Origin: the human T2T-CHM13v2.0 reference genome, Homo sapiens
Strand: one strand, 5' to 3'
Assembly (NCBI RefSeq): GCF_009914755.1
Contig: NC_060931.1
Length of the DNA stretch: 64,000 bases
Shown here: positions 40,036 through 55,539 of the stretch, one piece after another
Numbering within the stretch: the stretch's first letter is position 1
How the letters are laid out: each line of letters begins with the position of its first letter
Position numbers and translations under genes: made by a program
The notes under the pieces: generated by a model
What the model was told of the DNA's origin: nothing
Databases searched by the model: none
Seen by the model: only the letters and a program-made list of their open reading frames with translations

Positions 40036-40635
40036 GTTTTCACACTTTTTTGGAGCTCTTTTTAATCATGTATATTTGCCTAGAGATTAACAACACGTAA
40101 GATTCTTATTTTAAATAGAACAGATTTTTTGTTGAATGAGGCAGAACTTTGGGGGCATGAATATGATTTTGTGTGTGTATGTTTTTTTCATGTTTCTGGA
40201 CCGTATGTGTACTGATTGACAAGTTCCTCCTGTCATGTACTTGATGGCTAAAAGACAGCAATTCTCAAAGTTTTCAGCTTCTATCCTGACAAATTGAAAA
40301 TTTTCTGAACTCATTATAGAATCTACTCAAGTGTACATATGCAGTCATAGGTTTCTGATCTTCAGATTTATTAAGAGTCCCTGAAATCTTTCTTAGTAAA
40401 TATTGTATTTGAAAGAGATGGCTGGAACGTGTGTCAAGTGCTTTATAGTTAACACACATCTGAGGTTCCAAAACCTGTGTGAGGTAGGAAGATGTTGTAC
40501 TCTTTCCTTTGCAGTTGTGTAGGGTAGGACTTTGGAATATAAAATGACTCTGATGGGAAAACACAACTCAAAATTGTTAGGACCAATCTTAGAATCCAAG
40601 GCTTTGATTCATATGCCAGCGTCTTTCCACTACTT

Positions 40636-40837
40636 CAGTGGTTCTCAGCCTTGGCCCCATGTTAGATTCATCTTGGGAAGTTACAAAATAAAATAAAACA
40701 AAAAGCCCAGCAATTGTGCTTCCACCTCAGAGGCCTGGACAGTTACTACAAACAAACAAACAAACAAACAAACAAACAAACAAATAAATCAACCTCTCCT
40801 GGTAATTCTAATGTGCAGCAGTAGCTGTGAGTCTCTG
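40636..40837. mobile_element. MER5A-like MITE containing (CAAA)9 at 40749-40784
   Basis: CAGTGGTTCTCAGCCTTGG start; GGTAATTCTAATGTGCAGC near the end. Confidence 0.75.
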
Positions 40838-40872
40838 CCCTATTCCACATTGCCTTACCAGGAGCTGCGTTA

Positions 40873-41170
40873 TCTGGTGTGTTGTTACCCTGTAATCCCA
40901 GCAGTTTGGAAGGCGGAGGTGGGAGGATTGCTTGAGCCCAGGAGTTTAAGAACAGCCTGGGCAACATAGCAAGACCCCATCTCTACAAAAAATACACAGA
41001 AAAATTAGCCAGGCATGGTGGCGCATGCCTGCAGTCCCAGCTACTCAAAAGTCTGAGGTGGGAGACTCAACTGAGCCCAGAAGGTCGAGATTGTAGTGAG
41101 CCGAGATTATAATACTGCACTTCAGCCTGGGTGACAGAACGGAACCCTGTCTTAAAAAAAAAAAAAAAAA
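40873..41170 (+). mobile_element. AluJ-type SINE
   Basis: GGAGGATTGCTTGAGCCCAGGAGTTT left arm; poly-A tail. Confidence 0.93.
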
Positions 41171-42529
41171 GATGACTGAGCCAACCAGGATACTTCTAAT
41201 GACCTTGTTAAGGAAGATCTCTTTTCTTTCTTTAAGTCTCAAGCAGAGTCCTTCCTCTTTCTTGTGACTGTTTCTCTTTCTGGTTGTGAGTTTGCAGGTA
41301 TCCCACATTCTTTCTCTGGTATCAGTATTCTCTGTGCTTGTACATGAGACCAGTGAAGCTGGACTAACCCCTTTATTTCCACAGCCTAATTTAATTACAA
41401 CCAAAACCTCTCAATAAAACTGTTTTCTTATTTACGAGGGAGACTTTATTCCATTTTTTGGATTGAGAGAGATGCTTTTTATTTTTCGCCCTACTCTGTG
41501 CTGTAAAATTATCTCTGGAGATTTAATTGTGTTTTTGAATGGTTATTCCTAGTTTTTAACGCAGGGCTGTCTGTAAAATGAAGATAGCTTCTTCTCTAGT
41601 TTGCTCACTGTTAGCTAGTGAAAACATGCCAGCTTATAACTTGGCAAGATTACTCTGAGCTACTCAGGGCACGGTCCTCAGTACAGCGACCTGTCTGCTC
41701 ACTATTACCCGTCCTTGATGAAATAAGTACAGAAATCGAGATGAAGCCATTAGAAACTCCTAGTGATTTGGAAAACGTAACTTTAGATTTTGTTCATCTT
41801 TGTCTTTTTAAAAAATATACTTTTAATGTTTTATAAAGTATCAAAAACTGATAATCCTCATAGGTAATTTCAGAAGCCATGGACTGGATCTCTGAATCCA
41901 GTAGTCACTGAGAGGACTAATAACTACCGCTGCTTTTTTCACGAGTAGAAATAATATTCTTGATTTGCAACTATTTTGAGGATGTAGGGTAACACAGTGT
42001 AAGTGGTAAATTTCAAGTTCTGGCACTGGGCATTAGCCTAGAGCTTAGCTTTAATCTACAATATGCATTTCTCAACCTGCTTCTGATACTTTGCCACCTG
42101 TCCTCTCTAGGCTGCAGTTTACATTTACAGATGTTTCTATAAACCTTTGAAGACTCAGGAACATTTTGGTTGGTTTTTAACCATAAGTGAAATAATAAAG
42201 GGGATAGATTTCAGTTTGCTTTGGCAGCTTTAGTTTTCAGTTTTGAGTGATTCTGACCAAGTCAACTCCACAGTTCATCATTTTATAGTCACTTGTATTT
42301 TGGCTGTACACCAGTATGTTCTATAAAATACATCATTTTCTAAAGTACATTGAGGCATGAAAACATCAGTGTTAATCCTTTTCTGTTACACATTGTTTTA
42401 GGCAATCAAAGACTTCTGCTTGCTTTTTCCTAACTAGGATATATAGATCTTCTTACATATGAGAAATGAACATTGCTTCACTCTCTTGTCTTCTGTAGAG
42501 TCTACCAGGCAAGTGCTCCACTCTGTTTT

Positions 42530-42900
42530 TGTATATTATTATTCTTACTGTAAGAATAATGCATGCTTATTATAGAAAATTTGGAAAATACAGAAAAATG
42601 AAAGAGGAGATTTAACTTTTTTATATTCCTAGTACTTAGAGAGTTCACATTTTTATGTATTTCCTTCTTCAAATTTTGCTTCATTAAAAATTATAAAATT
42701 TTCAACATATTGGGAGTACAAAATTCTATGTGCTTATTTAAATAAGCTTTTTTCTGTTTATCAATAAATGTAGATATGTATATTATAAAAATATTAAGAA
42801 AATAGAGAAAACTTATAAAGAAGATTTAAAAATCACCCAGAATCCTTTATCCCAGGGATAATTTTTAACCTTCATTTATATTTACTTACTTTTTTTATTG
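42530..42900 (-). mobile_element. L1ME-type 3' end fragments
   Basis: ATAGAAAATTTGGAAAATACAGAAAA and AAAATCACCCAGAATCC motifs. Confidence 0.5.
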
Positions 42901-43444
42901 GATTCATATCATAATTATTTTTAAGTGTACCTAATACAGGCATTGTCACAGGTTATGGATGAGAGAAGAGTTAATAAAAAAACTAATGACTCAAGTCATT
43001 CAGTTTGAGTTTCAAAGATGTGAAAAATTATTTCTGAAGTTCCTAAGCAAAAAATGTCTATTATGTTGTGATATGTAATTCTTCCCTTTAGAGAGAAAGA
43101 TGTACTTTTTATTTAGTAGTTGTCATGGAATATTGTCCCAAATGTGTTTAAAATAGTTGAGCCACTATTAGTAAAGAAAGAACAACACTGCTGTTGTCTT
43201 GGGTGTTCAACTAAAATATTGTGACTGTGGGTTAAAAAGTGGCTCTAGGTGAGGGACAGAGCAGGAAAAAGCACAGTGTAGTGAAGCATTTCTGGGTCTC
43301 CTTTTGCCCTTGGGCTGTGGAGTGTGCCCCACTGCACTCAGTCTAGTTAGATAACTAATACTGGAGCTGGGAAACCCCACCAGTCCTATATACTGTGACT
43401 TCCTTATGCTTTGAATTCTAATTTTTACTCATTCTTCATATGTC

Positions 43445-43748
43445 TTTTTTTTTTGAGACATGGTCTTGCTCTGTCACCCAGACTGGAATACAGTGGTGCG
43501 ATCATGGCTTACTGCAGCCTTGACCTCCTGGGCTTAAGCAATCCTCTCACCTCAGCTACCTTAGCAGCTAGGACCACAGACACACACCACCATGCCTGTC
43601 TAATTTTTAATTAATTTATTTATTTTTGTAGAGACAGGGTCTCACTATGTTGCCCAGGCTGGTCTCAAACTCCTGGCCTCAAGTGATCTTGCCACTTCAC
43701 CCATCCCCAAGTGCTGGGGTTATAGGCATGAGGCACCATGCCCAACCT
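43445..43748 (-). mobile_element. AluJ-type SINE
   Basis: Full antisense Alu. Confidence 0.93.
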
Positions 43749-43778
43749 AGAGCAGGTCTTAAGCCTCTTTCCTCCGCT

Positions 43779-44561
<783 letters not shown>

Positions 44562-44858
44562 CCTCTCAAGAACACCTATGTTCTGAACTGTCTCAAGTTT
44601 TTTTCTGAGCTTTCTTAAATGCAAGGATAATTTCTTTTAATACACTGTTTTTTCTTTAAAAATCTATCAACATTGCTCCTTAGTCTTCTCACATTTAGTG
44701 TTACAGGAAGTATATAGCTATCGTGATTTTTGTTCTTTTTGTAAGTTCCTTATTCTATCTGTATCTAGATAAGTGTTATTTCATTGTTTTCCCTGGAAAA
44801 TGCGGTAAACTCTTTTGTCTTACTCATGGTGTTTTTTTCTGTAAAGCAAGAAAATACA

Positions 44859-44860
<2 letters not shown>

Positions 44861-44896
<36 letters not shown>
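44861..44896. repeat. (TG)18 microsatellite
   Basis: Direct read. Confidence 0.97.
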
Positions 44897-44899
<3 letters not shown>

Positions 44900-45319
44900 A
44901 TCTTTTTACAAACATTATTTCTGTAATACTTGGATTGAATCCCTGTTCTGAAATTTTTATGTCTATCATCTCTCCTCCAGCTTTTCAATCTTTATTATTG
45001 CTGTTTTTCCCATCTATATTTGGGAGTATTTCTCAATTTGTTTTTTGCATCTCTGATTTTATTTTATGGAATATCAATTGTTAGTATCCTAGTTCCTTTA
45101 TTATGGCTTTCTCTTCTGAAGTTGCAGCATTTTAACCTTCCTTACAATTCTTCTCTTTCCCTTGTCCCCTCTTTAAAAAAAATCTTATCCTGGTATCTTT
45201 TCCTTCCAGCCTGTTTTCTCTTTAAAGATTTCTTTTACTGTTGCAAGAAGCTATGTGTTCTTGTGTGCTACTGAGGATGCCAGGATTTACTGAAAATTTT
45301 TTGTTTCTAGTTTTTGGGT

Positions 45320-45619
<300 letters not shown>

Positions 45620-47086
45620 TGAAATGTATCTTTTCCTCACTTTTTCTTTTCCCTGTTTACTCATTCTCAAATGAGAGGAAATCTACCTAGACCTTGTGTC
45701 TGCTGACTGTTGGAATATGAAGACTGCCTTTTAGCCTATTATTTAAACATATGTGCTAATGAAATCATTTTCTGAGTTTTACTGCTAGTAATCAATTTCA
45801 TGTACACATATGCCAGCTCAACTCCTTGTTACCATATAATGCAAATCTGTTTTTCTGAGATGGAACTTCAACCTGTATCACTATCTGGCCTCCTGAAACA
45901 CATAAAATAATAAATGAATTACTAAGGTAAACATAAATCGTTTTCCATGATTATTTTTGTATTTACAGTATTTTACAAAAGATGATTCTCTTTGTCAGAA
46001 TTCCATTGTTAGTCCTCTCCACTTCTTAGTAGATTGTGTAATTTTAAGTACTATTTCTAATGGATGCAGGACAAGAAGTGTTCAGGTGGGATGGTGAGTT
46101 CGGGAGGGCCAGCTGCCTCTCAGGCCAGCAACTATGTGGTCGTGAACGGTTGCTCACTTTGGTTTGGATAATACAGACAGTGCAAGAGTGGGAAAGGCTT
46201 TTTGTACCTACTTCCAAGTAAGCAGATTACTTTCCTTCCACTGATGCAACACAAACCATTCAGTATACGTGTTAACTCTCTTCCGTTGACCTTGTATTTA
46301 GTGGAGATTGTTTAAAGATTCTGGCTGTATTGTGTGTGGGTCCAGATTTTTTTTTGGCATTGTGAAGCTTTTTTTTTTTAAATCTTTTGCATTCATAGAT
46401 ATTTGAGTGGGTACGTGGGAGAGATCGTGTTGGGTATTACCAGACAAATATCATTTTAATTTGGAAGTCTGACATTTGTTCCTCATTTCTACTTGTAGGT
46501 TTCCTGTTGACTTGTAATTTAGGGCAGTATCCTCTTTTGATCTTATTTTCTTTAGCTCTAAATGGGATTTCAAATTTAAATGTGCTTTGGTTAGCAGATT
46601 AACATAAACGTTTATTAATTCAGATAATTTACTAATATTTTATTTGTTAATATAAGAGAAAATTATTTCTCTTGTATTCCTGAATGAATTTTTTTCTTTC
46701 ATTTGTTTGATGGACTCAGTACTTAAAATTTTTTACTTTCTCTTCTATTTGTATATTTTCCTCTCTCATCCCCAGGCATATTTTATTTAAAAACCTTGAG
46801 TCAGAGAAAGAGTTACACGGACTTATTTGGGGATTTGAGCTGATAGCCACCCATAGTTCACCCAGCTGAACTGCCTTCCTAGGAACACGATGAAATGGAT
46901 TCTCAATTCTGATGTTTCTTCACTAAGGTCTCCAGCATGATACTAGTTTCCAGTGTGTTGGTAGGGTAGACCTGCTCAGCCCATAGCTAATTGATATGAT
47001 GGAAAGAGGTCAATGATTTTGAGTTGGAAACACAGCTGTATGTCAGGATAATTACAGAGAAACCTGTTGCCTTGCTATTACCTTTT

Positions 47087-47185
47087 TAAAAAAAATATTT
47101 TAATTGTAGTAAAAAACATAAAATTTACCATCTTAACCATTTTTAATTGTACGGTTCAGTAGTGTTAACTATATTCACATTAGTG
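47087..47185 (-). mobile_element. Short L1M 3' stub
   Basis: AAAATTTACCATCTTAACCATTTTTAA; TSD TTACCTTTT (47078-47086 and 47186-47194). Confidence 0.8.
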
Positions 47186-49442
47186 TTACCTTTTATTGCC
47201 TTTACCTTTGAAAGCTTTTTGTCCTACTCAGAAGAGCTGAGGCTTTGATAATTAGCCTGATGCACCGTGAATTGCTAAGAGTCCAACTTTTTTCATGGAA
47301 GGAACCGAAGACGAAATGAGAGAATAAAAGCAGAGAGGAGGGAAGAGGAATACAGCTTAGATTAGAAATGGTCCCTACAGCAGCATTATTAGTAAATATC
47401 TCATTTTCTGGATTCCAAGACCCTAAGAAGTATAAGATTAGGAAAAAAAAGTAAAACTACCTTAAATGTACACATCTATCATAAGATAACTGTTGATTTT
47501 TGGATATGTGAAAAAATGTGAGCAAATGTGTACCTTAGAATCTGAGAAATACCAGGAAGTCTCCCACATGGTGATGAGAAGCAGCAAATGTTGTGTCTGA
47601 GGAGGAAGTTGGTGACCAGAGTAGAACAGTGCCACAGCACAGGCATCAAGAAGGGTCACAAGCCATCTACCCCCAATAGCCTCTGCCATCCTCATGCTCC
47701 AGTCAACCTTTAGCTCTCTGTGCATCTCGTATGTCCAGAATAGCTAATGCTCATCCATTCTAGATAGCAGTTTTATTTTTTCTATAAATGTTATTTTTAA
47801 CTAAGTTGTTTGATTCTCTACTATTATGGATTGTTGAGAGCCCCTGACAGCCTGACAAATGTACCCTGTGGAACATGTGCTTAGCAGTGATGACAGAATA
47901 GCCAACAGAATGTTACATATGTAAACTACTCAGCTTTGTGTTCACTCTGGGCAAATGAACAACATATGGACATTTGAAATATATGTGTGTTCAAAATTCT
48001 GTCATGTGAGGTTAGTTGTGGAATTCGATAGTCCATTTTGTATTTGTTCCATGTGAAAAGGGCCTTATAATGGCATCACCAGTTGTTCATTAATCTCCTT
48101 TCCCTTATGTAAAGTCTCCTTTTGTCCTCCCTCTGCCAGTCTGTAAGTTTTATCATGACATTTATACATGGAATGGATTGTTACCTTTTCTGGGAGGAGA
48201 ATAAACCATAAATATGAACGAGGCATTAAAAGAGCTTAACATAAATCACTAAGAAAAATCTGTAGACTGTGAGAATATAAAAATCGCTGTGAATTATAAA
48301 TAATACAGCAAGGTTATATAAATCATTTTATGTAAAGGCAGACATATATTTCTACTTCTCACAGTAAGGCCCAGTGATTTTAATATCATTGGTTGGCCAG
48401 CGTCTATAGTAGGAATATAGGCATGGAATATAGTAGAAAGTTCCATAGTGAAAATTCTGGGAGATCATTGGTAGCATGGAACAGTGATACTTACTTTCTG
48501 TTGGAGATTGCATTTGCTTTATATTGTTATCAAAGTATCAAAAGAAATCTTACATTTTCTCTCTATATTTGCTCTTGGATAATAGCACGCAGATCTGTAA
48601 TCATTTAAAGAATGAAAATGTGTATTGAAAAATTTAAACATTTTGTTTTAACTTAATTAAACTGTCATTTCTCTTTAATTAGTAATTAACTTTCAGACTA
48701 CTTTTCTAGAAAGTATCCAGAGAATCTCCTTAATTGTTTTTTTTCCTATTGTATCTACTTTAACAATATTTTCTAGAGAAAATTAATCATAAACATATAA
48801 CTTTATGTAAGTTTGCATAAGCTTATGCATACCTTTTAAGCATGTATTAAAGAGAGTGTTCTTTTTACTAAAGGTATCGTCTCTTGGTTAATTACTTCTG
48901 TTTTAATAAACAGATTATTCTTTGCTGAAGAAAGTTTTCCTTATAATATGTAACTCTTACACAGTTCAGAATTATATGTTATATGTTAAGTGCATAACTT
49001 TATTGTGACAGCTAGATGATTTTCTTTGTATATAAAAAATGCTTCATTCATGTCACTGGAATTAAGTCACCTCTATACATAATACAAGAGATAAAGAAGA
49101 AGTGTAAGACACAATATTGTTCTTAGATTGCTTCCTAGTTGAGATCAAACTAATATAATTTTAACAGCACTGGCATTTCAAGACAATTTATGATTAAGTT
49201 TTAAATTCTGTGATTCAGATTGCTTTTAATTGTCAATCTTAAAGAAAATTAAAGACATGCTACTATTACAGTTTCACCCCTACTCACACATAACTAGACT
49301 GAAAACGTTATAAATATTCAGTTTCCAGTAGATAAGGAAATCTTTTCCTTAATTCATTTCTGAAAGGACATCTTTTTCATACTAAAAGAACCTTTTGTTT
49401 AGTATTATATTTTAAATAATTTCTCCAACACTGCTTTCATTT

Positions 49443-49744
49443 ATTTTATTTATTTTATTTTATTGAGACAAAGTCTTACTGTGTTGCCCAGGTTGGGGTG
49501 CAATGGTGTGATCTTGGCTCACTGCAGCCATTGCCTCCTGGCGAAGCGATTCTTGTGCCTCAGCCTCCCAAGTAGCTGGGATTACAGTTGTGCGCCACCA
49601 TGCCTGGCTGGTTTTTGTATTTTTAATAGAGATGGGGTTTCGCCATGTTGTCCATGCAGGTCTCATACTCCTGGCCTCAAGTGATCTGCCCTCCTTGGCT
49701 TCCCAAAGTGCTGGGATTATAGGCGTGAGCCACCACGCCTGACC
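49443..49744 (-). mobile_element. Alu SINE (AluS-like)
   Basis: TSD ACTGCTTTCATTT/ACTGCCTTCATTT (49430-49442 and 49745-49757). Confidence 0.95.
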
Positions 49745-49860
49745 ACTGCCTTCATTTCTTCTGAGGAGTAGCTTTGTTTCTTGTTAGGCCAAAGTTTATG
49801 AAACAAAATTTCTTCCTTGCTAATAATAGAACTTATTTCTAAGATGGCAATATGTGATTA

Positions 49861-50564
<704 letters not shown>

Positions 50565-53500
50565 TATTATTTAGTAGTATTATTTTCTTATCAAATTTTA
50601 TCTGACAAAGTTTAGGAATACCACCATCTAGATTTTAATCGTAGATTTTCAGTTAAAATGTCATGGTTGATATATGAGACAAAATAAGTTTATTTTCTAG
50701 ATTTGTTACTTGTAGAACCTGTTTATTATAGAGAGTTCTAGGCTTCTTTGAAAGCTGTTCTAGAGTTGATAAATCTGAAAATTCAAGTGGTAGGATGAAC
50801 CAATATCATGGATAAAGCTGAGCTAATGGTTGTCCAATGAATAAGTGCTGACTAGAGCTTTAAAACTGCATATATAATATGCATAATTGGCAGTCCATAG
50901 ATTTATGGGTTTTAAGTTACTGCTATTTTGACTTAAAGATTGAACGATCTATCTGTAGTGCTAGTGATGTTTCAAACATCAAAAGTAACAGAACTTCTTG
51001 CAACATAAGCAGTGCAACTCTTGCCATGTCTATTGTATCCCAAATCATACACCTTTATTATTTATTAACTGAGAATTATTGCAATAGGTTTACCCTCTGA
51101 GAAAATAAATTATAAGGAATAAATTATGTGAGCTGTTTGTCTCCTTCCACCTTGGAATAAGCCAGAATGTCTTTGGTTGATATGCTTCATTCTGTAATCA
51201 ATATACGTGTATTCTGCTTTTATTCATGGAGGCTATTTTGTAAAGATAAGTACATTTTTATCAGTTGAAGGTAAATGCAAAGGAGGTGAAAGCACCTCTA
51301 TTCCAGCCATTGTCATTATCCATTATCATTAATGATCCTAATTTCTTCTTGCAAGTTACTGTGACTGAATCCTAGAATCACTGTATTTATAGGGATCACC
51401 AGATTCTAGAGAGGTCACCATGTGGCTGGAAAATATTTGGGTTTTAGTTTTATGTGCCCAGAAGAAAGAATGGCTGCACCAAGGTCAACAAAATGGGCAA
51501 TAATTATATCTCCACTGTGTGAAAGTGCCACAGTATCAGGAATCGTAAACTTTGTTGCCTTTATGGAGCACACTACCATAATTCACATTCATGCGATCAT
51601 ATCATTGAATTGGCTTAGGAGGGAGAAAACTTGAGATGGAACTCCCCTGGTATTTTGGTAAATAACAGTAAGCCACATTCTGTACTATCTAATCAATGTC
51701 TGATATGAGAAAACTTAGGAAACATCATGAATTGAACTCTGCAAACTCCCCTGAATGGTGTGGATAATCATCTTGAACTTGAAGGCAGGTGTACCTTCCC
51801 AAGTTCTCTGAGCTCATTTTTGGGCTGCAGCTCCTGCCAGTATGGAATCAGGTATCACAGAGCCCAGGATGAAGGACATGATAGGTGGTTTGGAGAATTG
51901 AGTCACTCCACAGATCACCTAGGTGACGAAGATACTTGTGGTGTGTAGCACACAGAAAGCACTCATAAATGCTGTTTAAGCTAATAAAGGAAATTACAGG
52001 AATAGGCCATAGAATTTGAAGAACACAGATAACACTTCAGGATAATTTTATTTGCAGGATTATTTGTATAAGCCAGCAGAGAAACTAAATGTAGTTCAAT
52101 GGAATGGAAGACCACTGAAGAACACTGAGAGCTCCTTCAGAGCATAAACTATCTTAATCATCTTTTCGTGGGCAATACCTAACATAGTGCCCTGCATTCA
52201 ATAAATGCTCGTCGAATGAACAGAAACTTTAGTGAAACGTTAATATTTGTGTTGGGCCTTGAAAGGTGGTTGAATTTGATTTAGTGAAGGGAAATGACAT
52301 GGCTTTTCAGAATAGTAGGACTCAATGAATAAAGGCACAGATGTTGGAATGAGCTTACTTAATTTTGTGAGACACAGGAGAGGTCAGTCTGATGAGAGGC
52401 CCGTGGTGTATGTTGTGGTGGTAATGGTTGATAAGAGGTTGTTATTGATTGAACACACACAAAAAGACTCAGTGCAAGCTTCTTTGGGGAAATACAAAGG
52501 GATGAGACATTTTTGTACTGAGAAATTCTGTCTCACAGACTAGTCTCATAACTCCTGATCAATAGCCTTACTATAGGCTGTTGATCTTGAAAGGGCACCA
52601 GCAAGAAGCAAGTGCAGTATATAGCTCAGCACACCCATCTTCCTTAGGTAGCTCGCCATATTGAGTGGGATCATTTTCTCAATTAGGTTGCGTATCAAAA
52701 TTTAATACTTGTTGGATTGAATCAGATTTAAAACTCTGAAATGCTATTCTTAGGAAGAGGGAACCTTTCTCCTTAGAGTTGGTGTATCCCATTATCCTTG
52801 AGAGGCAACCAGGGACTCTGCCGGAAGGACTTCACAATCTGGCAGAGACATTTTCTGAAAATAATGATTTAAAAATTCTTCCCTTCTCTGCTTCCTCTTC
52901 TTTTTTCACCTTTAATTGAATAACCATTATATTGTATTACTTTTTCACTTATGGATTTCTTTAAACCTTAGGTATTTTGGTTAGTTCTGTGGCCAAATTT
53001 AATCATCATAGTACAGTAGTAGGTATAGCTTCAGTAATAATGCTAACAATGTATGCTTTTCTTCTAAAGTGTGCTGTTGGTACTTGAATTTAGCAGACAC
53101 CGAATTTTTCTCAGACTTTTAGAAGAAATAAAAGAAGGAAGAATTAGAAGTATAATCAGAGACCAATAGTGGGGTTGACAGAAGGGGTGTTTTTCTTAAT
53201 AAATGTATACCTAAAGAAAAGTTATTTTTACTGGCTAGATATCACACTACAAATATTTTCTGACTTTGAGTTCTGTAGTTATTTTGTCTAGACCACTACG
53301 CAGCTATTCATCTCATTCATTATTGCACTTATTGGTTGTTTTACCTAGCTCCTCTGAAGCTGGAGAATCTGAGATTAAGTATTAGAGCTGGAATAAGGAC
53401 CTGACTCTGGGGGTTGGGATTGTCATTTATCCTATTGCAGGATGCAAGCCCTCGCAAATTTTGTGAAGTGCACTCCAAAGACATGGTTTTGCTTTCAACT

Positions 53501-55190
53501 GTGATGACACTATAATTGATCAAGTATATTCTTTCAAAGAATCATAAATTCTTATTGGAGTTTGAGGAGATGTCATATTCATTTGTCAACATGTCACTCC
53601 AGGGACACAGGTGCAGCAAATTTATGGAGGAAGCACCTTGTGTTTCTCCTGAGTCACATAAATATGAAGCAGAATTGATTGAAAACGTGTGGTTTTAGAT
53701 TACTCCTCAGGTGGAGAGCAATTAAGATCTCTCTGTAAAGGCATTTCACTCTGCTTCTCAGGTTTTCTTGTAGCATAGGCAGAGATCAGGTCTGAGGGGA
53801 CACCAGAGAAATTTTTGAAGACCTGATGGTGTCTTCTCAGAAAAGAATACTAAGACATTTCTCTGGCAGAGAGAATATTGCACATTTTTAGTCAAGTGCA
53901 TGATTAACTTTGACATTTGGAAATGGAACTTCACGTAAAAATAAGCATGGTACTTCTGCATGTTTAATTAAGATGTTTAGTTCTTGTCAAGGCTGATAGC
54001 CCTCCCTCCCACCCCCACACCCCCGCCCTGTGAAGGGCAATATATTCTCAACTTCTGAAATTTCAGAAACCTGTACTTAACCTTTAATTGTCACTCCATT
54101 TACATGGAAATCTGATTAACAACTTTTAAAGTTCATGAGCTCCTGGTAAATGCAATTAAGACCTTTTTGGAGTTTGTTATTAAGAGCTGGCATTTAAAGA
54201 AGACTAGGCCCTGGCTACTGTTGCTGTCTTCTCTGTAGCAGGATGTCTTAAGCAATTAGCAGAGAACATGAGGTACATGAATTGTATGGTATTGCTTCTG
54301 CGTTAACATGGTTGGTATTTAAATAGCATGCTGTCTTTTTTCTTTTCTGTGGCTTGCTTTATGGTGTGAGCTTGTTACTGAATGGTAGGGTAGAGCTGAG
54401 AATAATTAGGTAGAGCTGTGGTGGTTTTCATAAGTACCGAGTTAGGCACAGTTCCTCATCCCATTGGATGTTCTCTAGTTATGTTTACAAATGCTCACTC
54501 TCATGTCATATGGAGTCAAGGCTAATCCTACTGTGATGAATTTATTGTATCCATCTCCTGGCTGTGGTTGTCTTTTTGAGAGTTAAAATTAAAAGATGTA
54601 GTTATTGGAGAGAAATGATCCAGGTATACAATTAATTTCTGATATCAGGCATGTGAGCTGTTCAGCCATTGCCCTTGCCTCATGGGGGCAGAAGTGGGGG
54701 TGAAGTTTGTTGGGGCAGACATGCGTAGTATAATTTACAAACTGAGATGTGCTGTGATAAATGGAAAATGGGGAGTAAATAGTTGAAAGACAGGATCTTA
54801 TCGGATCATATGCTGCCAATCATACAGTGTGATTTTCATTTACTGATAGAATTGGGCTGTTTGATGGATGTATATAATGCATTTCTTCGGTACTTTATGT
54901 ATGCAGGACACTGTGCTTATTAGAAATTGAGGAATGATGAGAAAAATAATGAAATGATAAATCAACAGACATATCATTTAAATACATTGCATATGATTGT
55001 GCTATTAAAGTATACTTGAATCTACATATTTCTGTCCTCTTTGAAATTTTTATGAGTATATATTGCTTTTAAATAAAAGATCAAAATAAAGAATTATTTG
55101 GGAAAAAAGAAATAGGAAAGCCAATGCAAAAGAATTAAATTGGATGCCAGAAATACCAGTGAAATAGTTCTCCATTTTTGTACACTAGAG

Positions 55191-55539
55191 CAGTGGTCCC
55201 CAACCTTTTTTGGCATCAGGGACCAGTTTCATGGAAGAGAGTTTTTCCATGTATGGAGGGTGGCTGGTGATGGTTTTGGAATGAAACTGTTCCACCTCAC
55301 ATCATCAGATATTAGTTAGATTCTCGTAAGGAGCACACGACCTAGATCCCTCGCATGTGCAGTTCACAGTAGGGTTCACACTCCTGTGAAAATCTAATGC
55401 TGCTGACGGGAGGTGGAGCTCAGGTGATAATGCTTGCTCCCCTGCCGCTCACCTGCTGTGTGGCCTGGTTCCTAACAGGCCATGGGCTGGTGCTGGTAAC
55501 AGGCCACAGACCAGTAACTCTAGTGCACAGGAACCCTTG
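55191..55539 (+). mobile_element. MER1B hAT-Charlie MITE
   Basis: CAGTGGTCCCCAACCTTTTTTGGCATCAGGGACC...GGAACCCTTG; 8-bp TSD CACTAGAG/CGCTAGAA. Confidence 0.92.

Noticed and set aside
46060-46221. 53-aa ORF MDAGQEVFRW... ending at a donor-like AA|GTAAGC
   Set aside because: Lies within the apparent antisense L1 5'UTR remnant; no acceptor and no known protein similarity
48814-48829. Perfect 16-bp palindrome TGCATAAGCTTATGCA (also TGATGTTT-C-AAACATCA at 50965-50981)
   Set aside because: About one or more such palindromes are expected by chance in 64 kb of AT-rich DNA
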